A stretch of 53,920 bases of DNA, filler included, from Circinaria calcarea (taxonomy: Eukaryota), in assembly GCA_051942165.1 (NCBI GenBank). It is 3 parts of 3 records of this genome, joined end to end, with 100 filler letters (N's around TTAATTAATTAA, not from the genome) between each part and the next. Parts side by side here need not be neighbours in the genome. Positions count along the whole stretch, not along the records: positions 18,019 to 35,921 come from JAVECS010000250.1; 2 more parts are not named here. The stretch is one strand, 5' to 3'. The translations under genes were made by a program, and so were the position numbers. Below are positions 22,693 to 32,817 of this stretch, one piece after another. Position 1 is the stretch's first letter, and each line of letters begins with the position of its first letter. The notes under the pieces were generated by a model. The model ran no database searches and had not been told where the DNA came from. It saw only the letters and a list, made by a program, of their open reading frames with translations.

Positions 22693-25245
22693 TCATTGGC
22701 CGGACTCTAACACTGGCAGCAAAGGATCACCCATTCGTATACCACCGACACCCATCTCCCAGGCAACTTGCTCGATTGACTCGCCCGCGGGCTTGTTCGG
22801 GGGTGTGTTCTTTGCCAGCACCATGCGTACAAACTCTGCGAGTAGGAAAAGCTGCTCTTCCAGCTGCGCCCTCCCGCCGAGCTCATCAGCCTTGATGTGT
22901 CGCTCTTGCAGGTCTTGTTCACGTTTCTCGGTCAGTAACTCCAAGACTTGAGCAACCTTTGCCAGATCGATTCTATCATCCGAAGCGCTTCGTACTCTTT
23001 GCCGCCGGGACTTCGAAGTCTTGGTTTTCTCCTGCTCCATTCGTGCAACTTGCAAAGAAATCATGCGCAAGGTACTTAGATCTGGATACAAATGGAAATA
23101 GTCCTTGAGGGCATAAAGCGCCACAACGGTTCCCTCGAGATCGTGGGCTAAACAAAAGCAGCGGATAATCTGATCGTATAGGTCTCGACTGAATGTATCG
23201 CGAGTAGTATGCTGTGCTTTATGATTCAGTTTGGAAAAAAAGGTAATCATGTCACAGAATATGTAACGAGGAGTAGGGAAGTTGGCTAAGTGATGCGTCA
23301 CCCTGCCGAGGTGTGCTTTCTCGCAATCCCACAGGCAGGCATACGTTTCAAGATCAGGTCGTACAACGTTGGACATATCCCGGTATGTCTTCCACGACGT
23401 TTTGTAGTTTCCGCGTCGCAATTCTGCATAGAGGATGTGGTTCATGAAATACGCGTTGGGTGTGATTTCTGCCAGAGCAAGATGAGTCCGTAGGTGTTCG
23501 ACATGTCTCAGCATGCTGCGGCGCTCATAGTAGAGGAGGAGAAGCGAAAACGTCTCAATTGTAGCTGGCGGAACAGTGCGTTGCAAGTGAGGTGGAATAT
23601 GAACTTGGGGAACTTGTGCTTCCACTGGCTTGTGGTGGTTCTCGCCGCTGTTTACGTATCGTTTCGCAACAAGTTCTAGTCTCTTGTGAATCATGGCCCA
23701 ACCCATTTGCAGTGCTTTCTTTGCGCTCTTAATGTTCCCACTCCGCAACCAGGCTCCCATGATCCCATTCAGATGCTTTGGGTCAGGTTTGACATTACGC
23801 TGATACATCAGCTCTATTACTGACGCAGCTGCATCCACCTCGCCCATGCCGAGCAGTTTCTTCATCCAACTACCGTAGAAGAATTTATTTTGAAACTTCC
23901 GGGGTAGGACTGTCAACGCTGTCAATGAGACTTTCGAGAGTGATGGGGCGTCGAGGCTTTGAGACTGCAGACTATCGACCAAACCTAGCGATGTCCGATA
24001 AAGTTCGCTAGAATCATAGCCTGAAGTTTGACCAACAAGCATCAGGTCCTTGAAAACCGCCAGTGCAAGCTCTTTGTGGCCAGCGTTCAAGAAGCACATG
24101 GTTATCCTATCGTAGTCATCTAACGTGATGTCGGATCCAAGATCCTCTCGTAAGCGAATATAAAGAGCCCAGGCATGCTTGAGAGCATCATCGTTATGGC
24201 GTTGAACCCAAGCTGCAATAACCGGAATCAAAGTTCTGGCTCTCGTCTTGTCCCGCACATTCAAGATACCAAAGGCGAGTTTCTCCGCTTTTTCAATGCG
24301 GCCGCCAGATGAGTAAACTCTTACACCTAGGTCTTCGGAAGCTTGAGCAGTATCTTTGTTTGCGCGAAGCTCGGCCTCGTTGCTTTCCCACTGTCGTATA
24401 GCTTCCTCGTAACGACCCTCCAGTAGTAAACATTCAATCAGGGTCATCCTCTGAGAGACAGTCAAATGTCGGCCAGCCTCCACCATATCATCCAAAATTG
24501 TTCTTAAACGAGCCGGTCGGTCTCGGTCGGACTTCTGAGCTCGATATTGGCTTTCCCATAGCACATCCCAGGACGTATCCGGAATCAACGATAGGAATGG
24601 AGGTAGGCTTTGCTTGCATCGAGTATACCATCGCCATAGGTTTTGTTGAGCAACTGAGTCGGTCAGGTTTCTCGAAACTTTGCTTAAAGCAGAATTAAGA
24701 TGCCGGAGGAGGGGAGCTTGTAGAAGAGGGAGATATAGTTTAATTTCTAGGTCGTTTTGATTTGGCATATATGCTGCGGCAACGCCCTTATTGTTCTGTA
24801 ACTCTCCTTCCGTATCATCGGAGCCACAAGGTAGTGCATCTGGCAGATGCTCCGTCTCTGAGAAGCTGCCTGTACTGTCTGTTGGGTCGTTTGTAATAGC
24901 TTCCTTCACTTTGCTCCGGTCCTCCGGTGACAGTGGAATTAGAGACTTCCCGGTCTGTAGATCTTGGAGCTCCTGCTCCAGCTGCGAGATCCTCGCCCTT
25001 AGCTCTTTTGCCTCGTCACCATCTATATCCTCAGGTTCTATGGGTTTCCTGTCCACGGAGCCAGGAAACAGCTGCTCGTACCACCGTACCGAGACCGGGG
25101 ACCGGCCATTATCGTCCTTGAAACTTGGCTTGGAAGACGTAAAGACTGGCCTGATTGGCAATCCCCTTAATAGCGACTCAACCTGCTTACGTGGCACCAG
25201 GGAAATATGGCATTGACGTACTGCGCCTCGAATCAACCTTTGCAT
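22693..25245 (-). CDS. Mitochondrial pentatricopeptide-repeat (PPR) protein
   Basis: 850-aa ORF with a presequence-like N-terminus and PPR-like helical units (AASVIELMYQRNVKPDPKHLNGIMGAW, PATIETFSLLL, ITPNAYFMNHIL, VRPDLETYACL). Confidence 0.75.
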   Translation of the reverse strand: MQRLIRGAVRQCHISLVPRKQVESLLRGLPIRPVFTSSKPSFKDDNGRSPVSVRWYEQLFPGSVDRKPIEPEDIDGDEAKELRARISQLEQELQDLQTGKSLIPLSPEDRSKVKEAITNDPTDSTGSFSETEHLPDALPCGSDDTEGELQNNKGVAAAYMPNQNDLEIKLYLPLLQAPLLRHLNSALSKVSRNLTDSVAQQNLWRWYTRCKQSLPPFLSLIPDTSWDVLWESQYRAQKSDRDRPARLRTILDDMVEAGRHLTVSQRMTLIECLLLEGRYEEAIRQWESNEAELRANKDTAQASEDLGVRVYSSGGRIEKAEKLAFGILNVRDKTRARTLIPVIAAWVQRHNDDALKHAWALYIRLREDLGSDITLDDYDRITMCFLNAGHKELALAVFKDLMLVGQTSGYDSSELYRTSLGLVDSLQSQSLDAPSLSKVSLTALTVLPRKFQNKFFYGSWMKKLLGMGEVDAAASVIELMYQRNVKPDPKHLNGIMGAWLRSGNIKSAKKALQMGWAMIHKRLELVAKRYVNSGENHHKPVEAQVPQVHIPPHLQRTVPPATIETFSLLLLYYERRSMLRHVEHLRTHLALAEITPNAYFMNHILYAELRRGNYKTSWKTYRDMSNVVRPDLETYACLWDCEKAHLGRVTHHLANFPTPRYIFCDMITFFSKLNHKAQHTTRDTFSRDLYDQIIRCFCLAHDLEGTVVALYALKDYFHLYPDLSTLRMISLQVARMEQEKTKTSKSRRQRVRSASDDRIDLAKVAQVLELLTEKREQDLQERHIKADELGGRAQLEEQLFLLAEFVRMVLAKNTPPNKPAGESIEQVAWEMGVGGIRMGDPLLPVLESGQ

Positions 25246-25398
25246 GAATTGTCGGCCGTCGCAACTTGGATTGACTGTGGACTATTCTAGGAGGGTTTTT
25301 CTGGTAGAAATGAGATCATCGGGCCTTGGCGGCATGGGACGCGATAATCCGTTGGAACACCTGCAGAAGACGCGACTCCATGCTCAATATTGATATAA

Positions 25399-27947
25399 AT
25401 GTCTACAAATATAAGAGAAGATGCTGAGCAGCTTGTTGGAAACGGAGAACATCATGACCTTACAGGCGAGGCACAGGTAAAACTTTCATCTAAGATGGAC
25501 CCAATAAATTCATCTCTTAATATATGACAGGCATGCTTTGTTTACACCCCTACCAAGGAAAGTGATGGACCTCGCCGACGTCCTAAGAAGAAAAGGAAGT
25601 TTTCCCATCCATCCGAAGTCTTAGGCATACGAGATGAAAATTGTTTCGTGCCACTCTTGAACGGTTCAGAGCAGAGTGAATATGTTGATGACCGGTTGGA
25701 GGCATTCGAAGCTACATGGGTTGAACAGAAAAGATTAATAGAGGTATATCTCTAAGACTGAGGGTGACTCTCCATCTCAAGCTGCGGTTCTGATATTTAG
25801 CAGGCTGTCTTGGACGAGATCAATGCTAGTACTGTGGACAACGTAACACGTTTTTTAGCATCTGTCGATCCGAATGAGTATGTGGTAGTATATCTACTAA
25901 GGCTTTGCCACAGCTAATCTTGACCGTCCAAGGTATAGGAATCAGATCCCAACATGCATAATCAGAACCGGACCAGCCGTTACAGCTTCGGGATCTGTGT
26001 TCGGTTTGGTTGCCGGCAGAATGGCCGCGGACGGAAAAGAGCTTATGATCAACCTTACGCCTTCTCAATGCCCAAATCTCAAAACGGCACTTAAGCATAT
26101 CATCCGACAAGGAACAAGTCAAAATCCGACTGGAGACGAAGACGCAGATATGCCAACCACTCGGCAGGTGTGTGAATTATCCCTCTGAACACAAGCCATA
26201 CTAATTGTCAGGGTACTCGTTATCTCAACTATGACTTGGAAATCCTCTACGAACATATGCGTCAACATTCTGTGAAGAAGATTATCCTGGCCTTCCAGAA
26301 TACCGAAGCCTTTGATCGTAACCTCCTTGCTGAGCTAGTCGACGTACTTAGGTGGATTAGGATCTATATCTGTACTCATTCTCGCTGACCAGATCCAGAT
26401 CCTGGAGCGATCGGATTCCGTCGGTATTTATACTCGAGATAGCAACATCAATCGAAAATCTTCAAGAGAAGATGTCTCAGGCAACCATGCGTCACTTGAA
26501 TGGTGTTGCATTTGAATCAATCGACCCTGAACAGAGTTTGGAGTGGATTTTCAAAGCCGTAACCTCACCGGATACTCGAAGACCGTTGTGGATAGGGCCG
26601 GGCTTGAGTAAGCTGATTCTCGATCGCCAGCTTGAGCATATCCAGAGTGCCAATGCTTTTATTCAGGCAGCCAAGGTACGCTCTTAGCTTCTTTTTCACT
26701 ATCCTGTTACTCATGTCATTAGTACGCTTACATGACCCATTTCTTCGCCAACCCGTTGAGCGTTCTATTGAACTCTAAAAACGCTCTGAAATTACTGCAA
26801 TATGAGCACTATGAAGCTCTGCGGGACTTGTCATCTTTTAGAGGGTGAGAAATTCGATCAAATTTATTAATGCCTCCATGTTAAATTCCTTAGTTTCGTC
26901 CAAGATTTAGTTGAGAAGAACGAACTTGACAAAGCGCAGAGCCTGTTGGACGATGATGAAACCCTCCACAAGAACGTATTTGAAATATTGCACCTGGGCC
27001 AGACATGCCTTCAGGATCTGCTAGGGGGTTTAGACGTCCTCCATAAGGTACAGTCTAGCATATCCGACAAGCCAGCTATGAAATGGTCGGAACTATACAT
27101 TAGGGGAATGTCTGCAAACCTAGCGGATTCCACTAACCTCAGGGATGTCCTTCTAGCAGTAAGAAAAATGCCGTCTGATCGCATGGAAGAAATGCTCATC
27201 AAAATCTCCGACAATTCAAACCTCCACATATCTGCAATAATCTCTGACCTCCAAGCCATGACCGCAAGCATCAACGGCGCCGGCCCCCTCCGCAGCGAAT
27301 TCGACGTCCGCCACGAATCCTTGCGCACCACCATCGTCGCCCAAAAAGTAGAACTCAGCAAACACAAAGCCGGCCTCTCGAAACAAGACGCCGCATACTC
27401 CCAGCTCGTCAGCCGCATCAACACCACCCTGCAAGAATTCTTTAGCAAATACCTCATCAACCCCAAAGACCTAGTCTTCCACGAGATCTTCCTCTTCGAC
27501 CTCAAATCTCCCTGCCGAGACGTCTTCACCCCGGCACCTCGCTATGCTGTCGAACGCGCCCTGAGTGCACCGCACGACTATCTCGATTGCGATTGCTGTG
27601 ATCCCGGGGCGGGCCGGCTGTCATCGAGTCAGCCGGCGACTACCATTCTCTATCAGTTGTACCTAGAGTCGGGGGCGCTGATCAACATTGGGGATCTGTG
27701 GTTGGCATTTTATGCGATTGTTGGGCCGGAGCAGGGCGAAGGAGATGAGACGAGCGAGGAGCAGGCTTTGTATGTATATCTCTAGCCTAGGCTTCGGTGA
27801 TCGAGCTGGAGGATTGGGCTTTTGGCTGATTGATATTGCAGGGCTTTGTTCTACCGCGCCTTGGCTGAGTTGAGATATCTGGGGTTTATCAAGAATAGCC
27901 GGAAGAAAACGGATCATCTCACGAAACTGGCATGGAAGGGTCTGTGA
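25399..27947 (+). CDS. ORC3: Origin recognition complex subunit 3; multi-exon
   Basis: Reconstructed exons give QACFVYTP, QCPNLKTALK, LNYDLEIL, YAYMTHFFANPLS, RYAVERALSAPHDYLDC, LYQLYLESGALIN and ALFYRALAELRYLGFIKNSRKKTDHL..LAWKGL*. About 8 short GT-AG introns (e.g. 25477-25530). Confidence 0.92.
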
Positions 27948-28239
27948 TTTTTTGAGAAATGGTATCCATATTGTGCAGACTCTTCTGTAATCCATAGATC
28001 ATGGCAAAAAGTCATGTATTGGATACAATGTAATTTTTCCGTTTTCTCGATATCTTGCGCCTAAGCACCATGCTTCCGGTCTGCCAGGGGAATCAGAAGT
28101 TGCCACCAATCCGAGCTCCAGGAATGCCCCTCAAAAAAAAAGGCATTTTCCCCAACGACTCCTCAGAATGGTAGTGATTCGTAAGAAACAGTAATAACCC
28201 CCGGTGCCTCCTTTCTCTCTCCTCCGACCAACCTTCCGG

Positions 28240-29701
28240 CTAATCATACCAGAACCAACGCCGCCACCCCCTCTCCTCCCTCCGAATTCCTCCAGTCTCC
28301 CTGCGCAGCCTCTCCGTCTCCCTGCGGATCCGCGCAGTGCTCCTTCGGATTTGCTCTGTCTCCCGCCTCAGGCGCTCGGTCTCTTCGCGGAATCGTTCCG
28401 TCTGCCGCTCATAATCTGGCGCCATGTCGTAGTCCTCGCCAACCAACCTCGCCATATCTTCGCCGTGCTCGCTGGATTCTGCCTCCGCCTCCACGGCATC
28501 TGGTGATGGATCAGTCCCACCCGTATCCGCGCGCTCGAAAATATCCCGTTGGCCCAGTGGTCTGCCACCGTCGCTTATCACCACGGCTTCCCGCCGCCGC
28601 CGCCGCAGTGCTTGCTCTTCCAGACTCTCTTCCCTGATCCTTCTCCCTGCGGTTGAGCTCAGGCCGGCCGTATCATCCCCACCCAACATGTGTATGTCCT
28701 CGTCGTCTCTGTCCTCCCACATCGCACTCCCCACCAACCCGCATTTCCGCAGCTGTTTCCTCCCCTCGGGATCATAGTCCACCATGTGCAGGATCTCGCA
28801 CATGTCCATATCGTCCGTCTGGTTGCTCTTGACCCGCTTGACGATCTCGCGCCTTTCGATTTCGGAGGCCGAGGGCCCGCCGAAGGGGTATTTGGCTAGC
28901 CAGCGGGTGATGAGGCCTGTGCGGAGGGTAGCGGAGAGGTCCCAGCGCATGCATTTGCGGAGGATGTACAGGGCGTCCTTTTCGGGTTGGGGGCGGGAGG
29001 GGAGATTGGTGTCAAGGGTGGAGGAGATGGGGTGCGCAAGGGGATCGGACAGGAAGGTGGCGAGGCAGGTTATCAGGGCGGTGTACGTTGCTTGGGTGCA
29101 GAGGGAGGTGTGGACCGCTGTTTTAGGGTAGTTAGATGGTGGGGAGGGGAGGCACCGAGGCAGGGAAGAGGCAGAGGGAGGGAGACGAACATGTCTTTTC
29201 GAGGAATTTGAGAGATGTGAGGGCTTTGTCGCGGCGTGATGGGTCCTTGCCCGCTATATCCTGTAGAAGAAGCTCGTACGTAGGAGCCTGGGTGGCGCGC
29301 TCGACGACGATCTTAATTGCTCTGTGAACGTTTAGTGTGTATTGGGATAGTTGGGTTGGACCCGATGAAGCTCACGCTGTTCGGATATCTTGGTTTGCTC
29401 CATCAGCAAGCTGTCGCAGAGTATCGAGCTTTACGGCTATTCTCGTCAATCATTCGATCAAGCATTCCACTGAGTCTGCTGACCGTTCTCTGTATGTTGG
29501 CTGATAAGTTCCGGGGGCTTTTCCTCCTTGGTGATTTGAGATGCTTTTCGAATGGCCAGCAGTTGCAAATGCACTGTGCGAGCAGCGCAGAACCCGAAAA
29601 TGCCTGATCGGAGGAGATGAGTATACATGAGATGGCGGCGCAGATGAGGAATACCTACCTAGTCCGAGCGATAGCAGTGCATCCTGACGTCCGGATGCCA
29701 T
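28240..29701 (-). CDS. Conserved fungal hypothetical protein with N-terminal hydrophobic segment and helical body; 5 exons
   Basis: Four canonical introns give MASGRQDALLSLGLGIFGFC...VKLDTLRQLADGANQDIRTAAIKIVVERAT..., continuing into ORF 28240-28950 (WLAKYPFGG, RRIREESLEEQALRRRRREAVVISDG). Confidence 0.7.
28270..28400 (-). repeat. Degenerate 21-nt / 7-aa tandem repeat
   Basis: Encodes TERFREE TERLRRE TEQIRRS TARIRRE TERLRRE TGGIRRE. Confidence 0.8.
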
Positions 29702-29740
29702 ATTGAATTAACGGTTTAATTCCCCATTCTCAACGAGCCC

Positions 29741-29795
29741 ATGGTACTGCGGTTTGACTCAGATCAATGGTACTGAGGATTGGTGACTTGAGTCA
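29741..29795. promoter_or_regulatory. Two perfect TGA(C/G)TCA (Gcn4/CpcA/AP-1-type) sites
   Basis: TGACTCA 29755-29761 and TGAGTCA 29789-29795, each downstream of a copy of ATGGTACTG; 54-94 bp upstream of the ATG at 29701. Confidence 0.5.
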
Positions 29796-30055
29796 ACCTA
29801 AGATAGGGTTTGCTCCCATAAACGGAGCTCTACCATAGTTGACAAGAATTCCGCTTTGCCAATCTGATTGAATTCTTTCACTACAGATTTAAGATTTCAC
29901 ATCATCCACCATGGACGAGGGTGAATACAGTAGGTGGTCGATATTTGGATTTGCCCAAGCAGTTCTATAAGTGGCTAACAATGATATGATATCAATTCAT
30001 GACTGTTTCATAATGCTATATTTATTTCAACATCATAGACAATGTTCTTTCCAGA

Positions 30056-31888
30056 TCATAGGCTGGCTTTCCCCCTAGACTCAAAAGGCAGAATGAAAGT
30101 CAACATCCCTGCAGCTATAAACAACGCTCCGCTCACATATACCGGTGCTGCCGTCTTAAGATTTGCGTAAATCGCGACTATCGGCGCCATAATTCCAAAA
30201 ACTCGATTCGCAGTCGCCGTTACAGCATTCCCTGTTCCTCTATCCTTTGTAGGAAATATCTCCGGAGTGTATCCGTACAGAACCGCGTACATGATATTGG
30301 CGAAAAGGTTGTATGCGCAATTCCAGCCAAGGAGAGCGTTGGAAGTGAGAGCGGTGGTTGATGCAAACAGAAAGACGCCTGTTAGGGCTGCCGAGACTCC
30401 TAATGCCCCTTTCCGTCCAAACCGCGGGAGTTCGACCAAGGCGCCACCGATCAAAGAACCTGGGACCCCGAGCACAGCTATTATAAGTGAGTCACGGTAG
30501 GTAATGTACGTTGAGCCGTCACCGAAGTTTGCACCGCGTGTAGCCTGGATATAAGGTAAGAACGCATTATATAGTGGGAATCCGAGACCAATGAATCCCC
30601 AAATGAGCGTGATCAGAGACGTTGAGTATGCAAGTTTCGGCGTTGCAAATAGCGCTCGAAGGTGCGTAAAGTTCAATTTCTCGAGTTTTCGACTCAGAGC
30701 GGCCGCTGCATCTGTACCTACTTGGCCCTCTCGATCATACACTTGCAAGTCTGCAAGAGTGAGGGTACAAGTCTTGCCGTTCCGTCTTGCAACCTCATGG
30801 ACCACACTAACGGCTTGCTCATCCTTGCCTGTAGGTTTTCTAGGATCAGCATGATACACTGGAATGCACCTTGTTCTGCGTGAACGATTCGTATGCTCAT
30901 GTAGCGACTAGAACGCCCAGCTTTCTCTTGATGAACCCTAGGTCACGTAACTGCCAACATAACGCGAAAAGGAGAAAATCGACATACCTCGGCCCATTAA
31001 GTATTTGGGTGACTCGTACAATGTGAAGCAGAAGAATCGCAAGATGAACATTATCATAGCCATCCCACCCATGCAGATCATAAAGTATCTCCATCCCATG
31101 TTCTCGGCTCGTGTGCATGTTTTGGCAGTTTGTTGGCAAGAGAAGTTTGATAAAAGCGGCCAGGCGATTAGCGTTGCCAATAACTGAGCGAAAGCCCAGA
31201 AGACCGACAGCACGGTGAGGAGATACTGATGGGTCCCAGGGAGGAATTCCAGGAAGATGGCAGAATCAACCGGAAGGTTACCCCCAACTCCAATACTCCA
31301 CAAAGCTGCAAACGTGCCGATGGCAGCGAAGTTCGGTGATCCGGCCGATATCAACCCAAAGACAGAAGTGATGCCGATCGTCAAGTTGAACGCCCATCGC
31401 CTCCCGAAGATATCGCAACCAAAACCCCAGAAGATTGCACCTGCAAGTAACCCAATGTTTTGCGATAGAGATAGCAGGGGCGGCTTCGACGGTGAGAACT
31501 CGTTGGCAACGGGCTATGTGTGAACATGCGTGAGCTGCGAATTTAGGCCCTTTGGTCCTCTTGTTCTTATGGTGAACGTACGGTAAATATTAAACTAGTA
31601 ACTATGGGCCAAAGATTGTCGGATGCATACCCGAAACCTACAACCACGAACAACTGCCACTGATACCGTCCCATGCCGATGTCTTGGATCTGTCAATTAT
31701 GTCAATAACACTCTTTTGGCAACAATAACGGGACAATGAGCACCAACCGCATTATTCAGCACATGGGCTTTTGCTTCATAGACAGGATCAAGAGTGCCCT
31801 TGAGGACACCTTCAGCGGCAACTTCATGGCTCAAGGTACCCTCCTCCGAAGCGACAAGTGTATCCGGCTCCTTTTTGGTGTTCGTCAT
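30056..31888 (-). CDS. MFS transporter (SV2-like / sugar-porter related); 4 exons
   Basis: Motifs IQDIGMGRYQWQLF, GCDIFGRRWAFN, GGNLPVDSAIFLEFLP, GWRY, YESPKYL and YTPEIFPTKDRGTGN; three canonical introns including ~30830-30987. Confidence 0.9.
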
Positions 31889-32817
31889 TTTCTCAAGTTA
31901 TACAAACACTGCACAGGAGAGGGCGTAGAAGGTGTCTTTTCTGGGCTTTATGGACTATACTACAGACCGAACTGCGACAAAGATGAAGAGCTGGAAAATC
32001 AAGCAGTCGCACGGTAAAAGTATCGATAGTACAACAGCAGATTTATATATCCCTCCTTCAGCTTCCTAACTTCCTTTAGCACGTTTTTCTGTTCGTACCC
32101 GTTATCACGCCATTGTCTGCAACATGTATGATGATCTCTTTGATAGCGCTTTGATTGGTGAGAAACTCGGTTCCAGTGGGCTGAACCGTTCGTCGATCCG
32201 CTGCTATACCCAAAAAGCTTATAGCTCCGGACGCCACCATGAGGGTTAAGCTGACAAAACCCAACCTTATCCGCACTTAAGGCATTGAACCACTCACTTT
32301 GTACGGAGTAGATCAGTTGTTGTAGTTGCCAAATGAATTAGTCGGCTTTCGAGATGCTAAGGAATATTCTAATCGACAAGTTAACAATATTTGGACCAAG
32401 GATAGATTGAAAGAGATAATGGCACAGGCAGAGCTGGCGAACATGAAGCTGCTGAAGACTACCCGAAGGAGACTTGGACCCAATTAGCGGGTGGAAGAGA
32501 TTTGTGTTGTTTTTCGAAACTAATCGTAGACGCTCAAGGCGGTGAAAGATGTTCCATCATTAGAATATTCGGTATTCTACTCTTAGTGGATATCCTTATG
32601 AAAAAGACCACTATGTAGCTTCATGTGCTTAAAGGATTAGGTAGTTTATTGCATTGTTAGTATGTTCCGGTCTTGTTTATAGTGTCACAGCCCTAATCAG
32701 GCGGAATCGGCTTATCAATTAACCTACTTTTCGGAACGGAAGAACGCAGGTAAGGCTCGCGATAGCTATTAGAATTCTCAAAAGTTTTAGAACTGAGAAT
32801 GGTTGAAAATTCCAATC

